A model generated the notes under the pieces. That model searched no databases. It was not told where the DNA came from and saw only the letters and a program-made list of their open reading frames with translations. This document shows positions 1-11,709 of a stretch of 64,000 bases of DNA, one piece after another; the first letter of the stretch is position 1; each line of letters starts with the position of its first letter. The position numbers were made by a program, and so were the translations under genes. This DNA comes from Kudoa neothunni (taxonomy: Eukaryota > Animalia > Cnidaria), in the NCBI GenBank assembly GCA_964304625.1, contig OZ199838.1, forward strand, positions 16,723,469 through 16,787,468, written 5' to 3'.

Positions 1-469
1 AATTTTTGTTTTAAATATTGCATTGGTATATATGCTACAATGTATATGTTGTACGGTGAAGGGGTGGTACTTTTACTGGGAACTATGATTAAATAGATGT
101 TCGATTAATCGAGATTTCGGATAATCGAACATGAATTATCTACACGTAATTTCAGCAAAATCCAAATAGAATTTAAAATATCTTAAAGATAGCGCGATTT
201 TCGGATAAACGAGGTCGATAGGTCAATAGAAATTGTGTATGAATTTTTTATTCTTTACTGAGATAATTGAAGAGAGTGTCACAAGAAACAACCTCAAAGT
301 AATAATCTCCACTAATTTTAATAAGTGTTAGGATACTTTTTCGTAAAGTCAATATCACAGAATCAAAATTATCCAAACGTAAAGTCGAAAAAAAATCCAC
401 CAAAATTAACAAGTCATGGAAAAAAGTAGTAAAAATGTTTTAATTAACCTTACAAGGTCACTAAAACCC

Positions 470-1674
470 CATCTTCGGAGGTTTTTTGGGGTCAATTAAA
501 CCCAGATTATTATTCGTTAAACTAGTTACAGAAATTGTTACCGATTCAATTTTATGGCACTTTTGATTTCTACCGATTAGTTTTCAGTAAAACAACGTGA
601 AATATAACAATTAATCCTGTTAAATCATTTACGAAATTATTCGTTAGCTATTAGGAAATGGTCGTAAAACGTAAACCACTGTTTAATAGCTAATTAACTG
701 TTTAAAATAATAATTCGGGTTCTTTTTTATGAAAAATATTTTAATTTTCTGTAAACAACAATTTAATACATATTTTCATTTAGACCGTAATATTTTTTCA
801 GTTTGTTTTTTTTAAACAAAAAAGCACGAAACCCCGCCTTTATCCGATTATACAAATATATTGATTCGAAGAATCCCTTTAAAATCACTTCAAAAACACA
901 CCTATAATGTGAGGTTAATCCATAGGAAGGACGAAGCCAAAATATTCTTAAAGGAAATCGCACAACCTCTCTCTCACAAATCAAAATCTGCAGAAACGGG
1001 AACGTTAAAGAAAAATCACCATATTTAGGTATTTAGGGATCCAGACTAATAATTTTCGAATAGCCGAAAAATACGTCGATACGAACATATGAATATATGA
1101 ATATTGTCCTCGAGGAATCGATAAAAAAACTCAACCCACATGCTAATATTGCAAAAAATACTATTGCTCAGTTCATTCATCGAATAAATATAAGAAATGT
1201 TCAAGTAATTCGATAATTCGGTTCAAATTTTTAAAATTATATATTTTTTCACATGAAATATATAGTATTCAATTATTTATTAGCAAAAACAAAGTAGGTA
1301 AAATGTTATTTGCCATACGATAATTTGCGAGAAGCACCCGAGATTATTAATAAGGTATTAACACAGATTAGATGATATATTAATCACTATTTTATCAAAG
1401 AATTAGGGGATAAAATTAAGAAAACATCACTTCTTTGCCATTTGAATAATTTTCATAGTATAACAGTAAAATAAAAACTTGGGGTCAATTTGACTCCAAG
1501 AGTCCTTCGAAGATAAAATTTTGTTTCATACTATTCTTGTGTTTATTTTTCCCCAAATTTTGTTATTACATACTGTACAAAAATTTAGAGAAATTATAAA
1601 TAGTACACCAAGAGTAATATTGATATTAATTATACTTTGAGGTAAATTTGACCCAAAAGTCTTCGGAGGATTAA
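470..1674. mobile_element. piggyBac-derived element (degenerate, non-autonomous) inside the large XPO1 intron
   Basis: Imperfect inverted ends (atcttcggaggttttttggggtcaa at ~471; ttgacccaaaagtcttcggaggat-taa ending in TTAA at 1671-1674). Subterminal ggggtcaatttgac(c/t)cc-type repeats at ~488, ~1481 and ~1640. Internal plus-strand remnant ETGTLKKNH resembles the piggyBac GTLRKNR motif. Confidence 0.5.
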
Positions 1675-2299
1675 TTTACAAAACTCGTTTATCGTTAATA
1701 TGAAAAATAGACCGAAATATATATCAACAAAAAATAACCAAGTTTTACAAGTTCAGATAAATTTTGGCCTATTTTCTATTTTAAGAGTTGTTGAATATCA
1801 TCGGCTTTTGAATTTTAATTGTTCAGGGAGTCAATGTTTTGAGCATTAATTGATTAAAACAATATTAATCAATTAAAAATTATTCTCAAAAAATAACTAT
1901 AGTGGATAACCGTTGGTGCGTAATCCCCTCGGGAACGATATAAAAATTGCGTACTAAACATTGCAACCAATGTGCAAAGTTAAAAACGTACACACAGTTA
2001 TTATTGTTAATTGTGTTATTTTTATTTTTCGCCATGAGTAATACAGCTTATGGTTAGATTAGAATAACTAAAAATGCATTATTACGATTATTTGACTCAA
2101 AATAATTTGTAAATTTTATTTCAACCACATTATTAGGTAAAAAAGTATATCATTTTACATGACGATCAAATTTAATAAAAAGTCTTCTCAATGAAGTCAT
2201 AAATATTATTATATTCCCTATTAATTTTTAGGGGAATGAGAAAAATGTTTTTATATTTTGACCCCAACGATTTTAAAAAGTTCACCTTACTATCAGTCA

Positions 2300-2346
2300 C
2301 TATCCTATCATTATCACTATCACTATCATTATCACTATCACTATCA
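2300..2346. repeat. (ATCACT)n hexamer microsatellite
   Basis: Direct reading; explains the spurious SLSLSL / DSDSDN ORFs. Confidence 0.9.
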
Positions 2347-2767
2347 AATTTGGATATTGCGTATACTGTAGAATGTCTAATGAAGATTATCAACGTGCTG
2401 CTGTTAGATACATACACACGCGCGGTTTGATCCAAAAACATTTAAAATTCTTGCTTTTTCGTAATCATACAAATATTTAGAATGTATCATATAAACTTTG
2501 AATAGGTCGTTTTGGTGAAAGCGCATATTATCGGTTACCACCTACTGTGATTACTTTAAAAAGTAGTAAAAATAATAATTTGTTTCCTCAATTTACACAA
2601 TTCAATTATAGTAAATAGCAATGCCAATTACTATTACTACTACTACTACTTCTTACTATTACGGTACACGCAAGCATTAGTTCTATTAGCAACTATTGTA
2701 TTAGATAATTGCACGGTTATTCTATACATTGGAAATGGCCTTTCCGTTGTGTTAAAAAGCAAATTAC

Positions 2768-4251
2768 TATTTTCAACGTTTGATTAAGCATGATAAAAAT
2801 CGTACGCTGCTGATCAGGATACTTCAAATCCACCAGTTGGGCAATTTCAGCAAAGAGCTCAATAACCGAAAAAGCGTAGTTAGGATCTGGAAGGTACTAA
2901 AACAGTCAATCGTCTTAAACAAGTCATCCACACAATAGAAAATACTCTGTTAATAATGGTTGGGAGGATTTCAGTTTCAAAAAGATAATTTTGAGGGCAC
3001 CATTGTACAAAACGACTTAAAGCCTAAACAAAATCGTATCCACAACAAAAAAATGTCGCCACCTCTAGAGTTTCTTTTATCAGCTCGGGAGATGGTGTTC
3101 GATCCTATTCAACCAAACCAAGTATAAGTAAAATAAGTAAAGTATAAGTAAAATAAGTAAAGTATAAGTAAAATAAGTAAAGTATAAGTAAAATAAGTAA
3201 AGTATAAGTAAAATAAGTAAAGTAAAGTATAAGTATATATCAATCCAATCAACGATAAAATGAAACAACCTACCAAAATGGCCACACAAAGTTGGAAAAT
3301 ATCATTGAAATTGGCTGTCAATCTACACACACGACGTTAAGATCAATTCGAGTATCGCACTGATAGGCTAGTAATAACAACAAAAACTCACTGATTTTTT
3401 AAATGACGAGCTTTAATATGCATGATCCTTCCATTGGAGTAAACAAAAATCTCCTCGCTAATAACAAGTCATTAAACATCACTCAATTAATTCCAACAAC
3501 AGGATACCTCAATGTCTTCAATATCGTCATACAAATGACACAAAGGTTTTCATTGGTGATAGAATGACCAATCAGATCGGTAACAAACGAAGACCATCTG
3601 GTTGGCCATTCAACCTTCACAATCTCAACCACTACAGATATCAATCTTTTTAGGATGAGTTTCGGACCCTTTTCAAATTTTCAAATGAGTTTTAACACAG
3701 CCACAAAATCCACATTCAATTAAAGAGTCACTTACAGCTGCCAACGAAGAGTCTCCTCCCAATTTGGTGATCAGTCCAACAACCATCGCACGTAATACTA
3801 ATGAATAGGTTGGAGAATAGAACAGCGTGTGGTAACTATTACCTTCTCGATCATCATCACTCAAAACCTGCCAACGAGATCTTATCACATGTTCCAACAG
3901 TTGAAGCGCATAGAACTATAAATTATCCATCAAACCAACCAACCTACAACACTTGTCACTTGTGATTGAGTGGACTCAGAATTGAACAATACTGGCTGTA
4001 TTGCTACTAATGAACGTTCGTGTTGTTTAAAGTTGTCGAGAACTTCTTGAGAGCCGGTCCTCTACAAGGGCACACACATATAATCTCATACTGTATGGAA
4101 AATGGGAACACGTTGCATAATATCTTACCAAATTTTTATCTCCACTCAACGCATACTGAACCAACGAATCAACCACTGAAACATCAAATTCATCCGATGC
4201 GTTGTATAGTTTTAATTTCAACTGTTCGATGATTTGGATTGTGTTACTCAT
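2768..4251 (-). CDS. XPO1: Exportin-1 (CRM1), 5' exons; continues past the window start after an intron of more than 2.7 kb
   Basis: Spliced translation gives DEFDVSVVDSLV, LEHVIRSRWQVL, VVGLITKL, LTANFNDIFQLC, ETLE/ALSRFVQWCPQNYLFET and IELFAEIA, collinear with the CRM1 N-terminal HEAT repeats. ATG at 4251; last visible donor at 2767. Confidence 0.93.
3120..3236. repeat. 20-bp tandem repeat (GTATAAGTAAAATAAGTAAA) x ~5.5 within XPO1 intron 3105-3273
   Basis: Direct reading; accounts for the YFTY/LLIL ORFs. Confidence 0.92.
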
Positions 4252-4523
4252 ATCGACGGGCAAAACAACCGTTTATGGTTTATGTAAGATGAACTGCGTG
4301 CGCAAAAGCGGTACACTGCGTGATGCGTGAACGCGCAAAATTAGGATTAGCACATCCGAGTCAAACCTCTGTGTGAGCGGTATCCGCTCAAATATGCGCG
4401 ATCCTAACCAATCCTCCGTTTAATGATTAATGCTAACAATAATCTGCAACTGAGCATGCATGCGCCCAATTAACTATGTTAACTACACAATAATAACAAC
4501 AATAATTGTATAAAGCTATAAAA

Positions 4524-5052
4524 CTATATATATCGTGTTTGGAATTTCTCTCTGATGACCGACAATTGTTGTTTGATTGCAAAGCTGTGGTGAAGTATTC
4601 GTCTGCAATCGCTTGATTGGTCATCTAATGTATTTAATGAGGATTTCGCTTCTGCTTCGCGACCATTAGTCGAGAGAGATTTTTCGCACCACTTGCTCGA
4701 ACTAACCACATGGCGATTCTTTGAAACCAATTCTTTCACGGAGCCTATGATGTGTTTTGCTTGGACGATCGCATTGGATAACTGTCGATGAATTTCAGTC
4801 ATATTGGAATTGAATAGCTCTACTGTGTCGTCGGAGGTGCGTGAATCTGGGTCACCAATACTGTCCGCAATAATCAACTCGCACGTTTCCATTTGAGTGG
4901 CAATCATCTTTACCAATTTTACACAACACCACCTGCACAAATACCTCTCCGATGGTGTCCAATGACATTAGAATATTTGTCATTTCTTCGAATGGTTCGG
5001 TTGCTGTGGTTGCACTCTCAGGATTGACAGTTGACAACTCAATTTCCACCAT
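4524..5052 (-). CDS. Small helical protein, probable Mediator subunit MED11
   Basis: Removing a 37-nt intron (gtattt...gtaaag) gives LDTIGEMIATQMETCELIIADS...ELFNSNMTEIHRQLSNAI, matching the MED11 pattern LEDIEREIGAILQNAGTVILELS...AFTASVQHVEAELSAQI. GCGC motif just upstream of ATG 5052. Confidence 0.5.
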
Positions 5053-5400
5053 CTTTAATGTGTGCGTGCGCGTGGAAATCATTCATTTTATATTTTTAGA
5101 TTCATATTTTTATATTTATTTTTATGCAGATTAAAGTTAATTTTTTAATTCGATGTAAATAGTTAAGATCAATTATGTATGAAGTTTATATGTTGTAGTT
5201 GGTGGATATTGTAAAAAATTTTGAGATTTTTTGGTTGGTAAGGAAATCAATAATGTACATTAATATCAATGTAAAGGGGGATACAAATCGAAAAGGGTTC
5301 TATCGCTCAAGTAAATATTTCGAGACTAACCGACAATATGACGATATCACAATATAGCACTATTAAACTGAAATTACATTATAACGCGAGGTTCTAATGC

Positions 5401-5466
5401 GCAAATAGACGATAGAATACTTAGAATTACGGCTCGCAAAATTCTAAGTATTCTTTCATCATTTGC
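5401..5466. other. Long hairpin (perfect 15-bp core stem, 11-nt loop)
   Basis: agaatacttagaatt / aattctaagtattct, extended by gcaaat / atttgc. Confidence 0.75.
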
Positions 5467-5799
5467 TCACGCATCGACTCCTTAACACTATTTTATGGCT
5501 CAGTCGGGACGTTTTAGACTGCTGAATTTCATGGTTACATTTTAAATTTCTGTCATCTAAAACCCTCCCATTATAGGTAGGCACTCTAATTGGATTCGCA
5601 GGGGGAGTCTATTTGAACCAATCCTACGAAGTACGACGGTTTGCAATTTTTCCAATGTCATTTTTTAGATTGTAGACATTTCCAAACTGTATGACTTGAT
5701 TTCGGAAGAAAAGGATAAAATTATCAAGAAAAAAAACTGAATTCTCTCGGATTGACGCTTCCAACCTAATTTTAATAAAGATTTGTTAATCCATAATTA

Positions 5800-7220
5800 T
5801 GCTATTAAATATTGAATTTGGAATTTCTTATTCTGCGACTGCGACTGCGACTGTGACTGTGACTATGACGTGATCAATGTCAGTATTAATCGGGACGACA
5901 CTGCGTTCAATAAAATTTTTCGTTTCTAACGTATTTTTTAAAAAATTAGCCCCGTCCCAAGCTACATAATCCATGTAGAAATATGTTTGTGTGCGCACTG
6001 CCGTTAAAAAACCTTCTTATGTTTATATTTTATTTGGTTCAACAATTATTGCAACCATTTAGAGAAACTATAATCTCTGAACAATATTAACTTCTCAAAA
6101 TCACATGACTTTAAGCGATTGCGGACCTTTCGCGATGTTAATCCAACCCGTGAGACATGCTTGTCTTTTACATTTCGCATAACTCACAGGGATAGAATAA
6201 ATTAACCTGTAAGATGTTTAAGGTTAGATTGATCACAATAAATTAGAGGATTATCGCATATTTTTGAAATAGATTCGTTTAAATAATCTCCTATTTCTTC
6301 CCTATATATGATATATGATATGTGATGTGATATATGATATGTGATGTGATATATGATGTGATATATGATGTGATATATGATGTGATATATGATATGTGAT
6401 GTGATATATGATGTGATATATGATATGATATGTGATGTGATATATGATGTGATATATGATATGTGATGTGATATGTGATGTGATATATGATATGTGATGT
6501 GATATATGATGTGATATATGATATGTGATGTGATATATGATATGTGATGTGATATATGATATGTGATGTGATATATGATATGTGATGTGATATGTGATGT
6601 GATATATGATATGTGATGTGATATATGATATGTGATGTGTGATGCGTGATGCGTGATGTGTACGGTGTACGACGATAAAAAGTGGATCAGTAATATACAT
6701 GAGTCTTCTTTCTCGACAAAGCTTAGGTTGACTTAGAGTGGAGTCAGAGAAGACATTATTAATTTGCATATTTGAATGTTTAATTTTGAAAAAATCTAAA
6801 ATTGTGAAAAAAGTGTCTATAATTACGTTTTTAACTTCATCATTATGTGTAATCCACTTGAAACAGTCAAACTTTTTCGAATTAGGAGGAAAGATAGGTG
6901 CGATAACATGTGCCGTTGTTAATTTAGAAAAGAATTCAAGCTATATACCACCCTCTAAAAATTTCAACAAAAATTCATTCATTTCGATCGGTCAAGTATG
7001 TGCAAAATAATTCATTTCAGTATACTTTGACATAGCCATTCTTCCATTCCATGCCCCATACATATCATGATTTTGATAAAGTGATCCATATTTCATATTT
7101 CACTCCCAGATAAAATATTTCTTTTAATTCAAACTGATCTGCAGTAGTCTCCTTCAACTGATCCTTATAATTAGTGATATGTTTAATTTTGGGTCTTGTA
7201 GTCTGTTTAAAATTGGACAT
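5800..7220 (-). pseudogene. Degraded spliced gene of unknown product
   Basis: ATG at 7220 and exon-like blocks bounded by GT/AG (e.g. EKEDSCILLIHFLSS|EEIGDYLNESISKICDNPLIYC across the satellite-filled intron). Interrupted by in-frame stops and a frameshift. No recognisable family. Confidence 0.35.
6303..6660. repeat. Compound microsatellite of GATAT/GATGT/GATATAT/GATATGT units
   Basis: Direct reading; produces the spurious HITYHI ORF. Confidence 0.95.
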
Positions 7221-8004
7221 TTATGAAACTTTAAATTATCTGTACCAATTGAGGGTTCTTCAGAGTTTTTAAATGCGAAAGTTTTATAATGTGTGCAAAT
7301 GTAGTGGGAGATTTGTAAATGCAATGTTACTATTTAATGAGTGAGAAGTATTTCTAAGGATGGAGATATGGAGATCTGCAAATTGACAGCATTTGTGTTC
7401 CCAATTAACCCAATATTCTTTTCTCTTTTCAGAAGGAAACTTACGTTAATTTTTTAAAATGACATTTTTGTGGATCTTTATCTAAAGAATTGGAACACTT
7501 AAGGCTGGCATTATTCCCCTGTGGCCTAACGTCCACTCGGACACATTAACAATGTTTGTCCGACTAGATTTTGTCCTATTCCAATCTAATGTTGTGCTTT
7601 CGCGGATTGATTTTGTCAGACAATGTGCCACATTGGTATTAGTTAATTATTAATATTTAGTAATTAATTATTAATGGACAATAATAGAAAGGTGTCCGAA
7701 CCTATTTGTTATCCATGCTGACAAAAAATAAATTTTTCACTGTTTTTCTTTTTTGAATTCAATTAAAATTAATGTTTTATAGTTAACAATTAACAATAAA
7801 ATGTGATTTGCGTAATTTTGCATTTACGGCTGGCTATACTTACTTTGATATGCTAAAATCAAAGTTTCATGTAAATTATAAAAGTTAAAATTGTAAATTT
7901 CAGGAATAATTAATGGATGTAATGAATGTAATGATTGCTGCGGAAATCCATTCTCTAAATACCCCCAAAAATGGGAGAGACTGGTGATGATCCTATCTTA
8001 ACAC

Positions 8005-8065
8005 TAGAGTGAGACTCCGGAGGTTGTGAGTTCAAATCCCGAGGTCGGTTGAAGACGCATCCTTG
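8005..8065 (+). mobile_element. Possible tRNA-derived SINE head or tRNA relic
   Basis: ggttgtgagttcaaatccc contains a Pol III B-box/T-loop (GTTCAAATC). No complete cloverleaf or clear A-box. Confidence 0.3.
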
Positions 8066-8194
8066 ATGTGTAGTAGTTTATACTCTGTAATGATAACTTT
8101 GTTTCAAGGACACAAATATTATTGCGAGCGATACAGGGAGGATTATTTTTTGGTCAAGTTGGAAGAGTCAGATTTAAAACATGCACTTCTAAAT

Positions 8195-9260
8195 GAACTT
8201 GGTGTCAATTAAGTCCCCAAGATGAAATTAGCAGTTTTATGAATAAATTGGTTCTTTATAAACGGCGAAAATACTAACATTTTTAGAATTATTATTATCT
8301 AATTTTAAGTTTTTGTATTTTGACATAACGTTGATAAACGAGCGTTACAATATCTATTTCAATGCAATTTTAACACTTTATTATGTTCTCTTCAACAAAT
8401 GAAACGTCTTTTTTTAATCTTATTATTTAAAAATTTGATTCTGCTTAATTACATTGTCATTGTCATTTTCATATTCACTTTGAATTTTTTCAGTTAAATT
8501 AAGAATAAATTTTAACTAGTTCTTATGTTGTTTGTTCGTGCGAATAAGCTCGGGTATTTTAAAATATATACAAATATTGGCATCGTAACAAACAATATCA
8601 AGAATATCGTAAAATATTGTAAGATATTATGCTTAACTTTCTCGCTTTTAGGTTATAATCATGAATAATTTGTTTTTATTATAAAAATCTATTATTTCTG
8701 GCTTCTGTAATCAACAATATGTTTATTAGCATGCTAACTTAATAAACTATGGTGATTTTTCATAATCATATATAAATTCTGAGGAATTATATTCACTATT
8801 TCCATAATAATTAGGAGGCAAGAATGCCACAGTTTTGATAACTCTGCCAACAATAGTTGCTATCCTTTGCAAAATAGACTTTGTAAGTCGTCTCATTGTA
8901 GTAATAAAATTGTCGCATATAAAGTTTCTAACCTTCGTCTAAGAAACTCTCATAACTATATCGTCTGGATTTAATTTTAATTCAGGATTCTTACAAAAAT
9001 TTCTTTTAGAGATTTCGCAATTAATTAAAAAAGTATTTCCCGCGTTAAACAAACCGCACATTTATTTTCAGCCTTCCATGCTTTGTAGAATGTGTATCTT
9101 GAATGGTCACCTTCCTTCAGCATTGCAGAATTGTTCATTCATTGTAAGAAATGATGATGGAAAATTATTTTTTTTCATTTCAAAATGAAAATTCTCAGTA
9201 AAAAGCTAATAAATGCATTTTTGTCTCTTCCTCTATTCTCGTGTTTGTCAAATCTAATCT
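8195..9260 (-). mobile_element. piggyBac transposase relic
   Basis: Minus-strand fragments FDKHENRGRDKNAFI, EGR*PFKIH and ICDNFITT...TIVGRV correspond to the piggyBac FDDK..DK.A, GRCPF and DNFFTS...GTV motifs. ggtgtcaattaagtcccc subterminal motif at ~8201. Confidence 0.6.
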
Positions 9261-10645
9261 ATGTACAAATTATAATAAATTTATAATAGCTAAAAAATTA
9301 ATAAATCAGATGATTTCTAGACTTTAGGGAGATTAATCATTATTTTTTGGGTTAAGAACGATCCTAAATTCATTTTAAGGGAAATTTTAACCAGCATGTG
9401 ACCAAAAATGCAATGGGTTCAAGTAGAATAAAAATAATTTATCATAAAAGGAATTGAATTTACAACAATAAATTAGATTTTTTGAATCTAATAATGAAAC
9501 TTTTAAAAAATGAGCATTTATCTGAGGTCACTTTTGATCATAATGTCAGTATGAGTGTTAAATAACTCATATGCAATAGTTTGTTTATCCTCCATGTTCT
9601 AGTTATATGTTCCTCTTATTGTCTAATTAATTTTCAGTTTTAAAAATTAATTTTAAATTAAAGATTGTTACATCATATTTTTAAAATCATAGTTATTTAC
9701 TACTCAAATTAATTATTGGAGATTAAGAACAATCACATGTTTATCTCATTTTTTAATTAAGGAGTTTTATATCACAATACAGAATAATATAAAAATTCAC
9801 CATGATAAAAAAATAGTTAAAGTTAAGTTCATTACAATAATTAAATACATAACTCATCGATAAAATTTTTATTTCTCACCTTAATTCATTTTTAATAAAT
9901 CCGAATTTATTACCTATATACAAATATTTTTAAATCTCTATTTTTTTAATAATAATTGTTTAATATATTAACACGATTTTTTCTGTCTTATTTTAACAAT
10001 ATATTAAAGTCAATTTTTTTATATTTTTATTCTAAATAATATAATTTCTCATTAATTTGATTAATAATTTTAAAAGTTGGAGAAATTCAATTACCAATCT
10101 AGTTATCACGCCAGCAAATCCATTAAGTCATATACGTACAATTAAGCAATCTTCATAAAAGTTTTAACTAATAAATCGTTAATTATTACATATAATAGAA
10201 TTCATTGATATGGAATCAATGTGAAATTATACTTTTATCATTGCAGTACAAATAAATCTTTGTATTGTTCAGTATACCAAAAAATTGGAGACAATAACAA
10301 TAAATGGAATGTGCAATAATAGTATGTTGATTTTCGTCTATTCACACTTCATTAATGAATAATTTGAACAACACTACATAAAGTCAAACAAAAACTTCCT
10401 CATAAAAAAAAGCGAAACACTATAGAGAAATTTTTATATTAAAATGCGAAAATAAATAAACGATCATGTAGAATTAATTTTAAAAATTAACACTGCATTT
10501 AAATAATTATATTATTTTTTTTAAATTATCTAAAAAAATAAATTCACCATCACTATAAAATGTACATCGTACAAAAACCTAATGATAAAAAATCAATAAG
10601 TCGCATGCGCATATCCATATCTGGCCTGCGCCAATAAGTTTTAAA

Positions 10646-10988
10646 ATGTCCTTTTACAGCGACAGCCTTAAAGCGATACCAAGCTACACCAGGCGCTTCA
10701 TAATTCATCCATTTTTGGTAAAGGATATTATTTTATCAAATATTCAACCACAATTTAACAATACTATATAGATTGGTACGTTGTTGGGTGCGGTGGCAGC
10801 TCAAGCTACATTTGTTTATTGGGCTGTAAGATCCTATACCTAAAATACGGACGCCTTATTAATTTAATAATGACTTAAAATTTTTTGTTTAGCGACCTAT
10901 ACTCTTAGAAAAGATCGACAAGATGAATTCTCGTTATACACCTAGAGAACCTCTTCGTGACTATCCAGTTATTCCAAGAAAAATCTAA
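10646..10988 (+). CDS. 73-aa single-TM microprotein, NDUFA3/NI9M-like (tentative)
   Basis: Exons 10646-10717, 10772-10825 and 10893-10988, all GT-AG phase 0: MSFYSDSLKAIPSYTRRFIIHPFLIGTLLGAVAAQATFVYWARPILLEKIDKMNSRYTPREPLRDYPVIPRKI. cgcatgcgca motif upstream. Confidence 0.7.
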
Positions 10989-11077
10989 TGTAGTTGGAAC
11001 TATTTTTAAAAATTTATCGTTGTTCAACCGTGTTTGAATAGTGCGTTGTTTGCGTGCGCAGGCGCGGATATTTAAAA

Positions 11078-11426
11078 ATGCAGTTGGTACACGCAGTCCA
11101 TTACTATGTAATAAACCCAGTTTTCGACCACACATGTTGACTTTGTGCATTAGAGTAGATTGATGTGCGTTTTTGTCTTAGGAACATTCCTTTATTTCAG
11201 ACCTAAGGTAGGAATTGGTTCGATAGAGAGAATGAGTGGATTCAAGCAAATTCATTCATTCTATCTTCCACCTGAGTGAGAGAAAGTAATTTTTAATATA
11301 TTTTAGGTTTACGAACCTTCCAAATTCTATCCAGAAATAATGTCAGGCGAATTCTACTATCAATCTTGTGAGAATGAAGGTCATTTGTTTAATCAAATAC
11401 CAGAAGAAGAATTTCGCTGGTTCTAA
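11078..11426 (+). CDS. 67-aa single-TM microprotein, NDUFB1-like (tentative)
   Basis: Exons 11078-11107, 11154-11207 and 11307-11426, GT-AG phase 0: MQLVHAVHYYSRLMCVFVLGTFLYFRPKVYEPSKFYPEIMSGEFYYQSCENEGHLFNQIPEEEFRWF. gcgcaggcgc motif upstream. Confidence 0.6.
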
Positions 11427-11709
11427 AAATACTACAAACAGTTTGGTTTCGTAGTTTTTGGGCGAATTTTTGAAATAGTTTCACCACTCTATTTCGATAT
11501 TTTATTACAGTTGTTTTTATGCGCGGCTAAGTTATTGGTGGGCTTAGTGATGAACTTTTAACATTCGATTTGCTACCGACCGACCCATTGAATGATTATT
11601 TTAAAGTTAATAGTATATGAAACAATAAATAGATACGAATTGTTAATACAGTCAAAAGTAGCTTAGAGATAGTAAAATTGTTGTGTTGATAATATTTTTT
11701 GTTTGTTCT

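Noticed and set aside
3080-3330. Hydrophobic YFTY/LLIL ORFs; CRISPR-like array
   Set aside because: Spacerless 20-bp tandem repeat inside an XPO1 intron.
6302-6769. 155-aa His/Ile/Tyr-rich ORF
   Set aside because: Translation of the GATAT/GATGT microsatellite.
5800-7220. Stop-codon reassignment suggested by in-frame TAA
   Set aside because: Conserved genes here (RPS5, TMEM120, EDC4, LENG8) terminate at TAA and have no internal stops.
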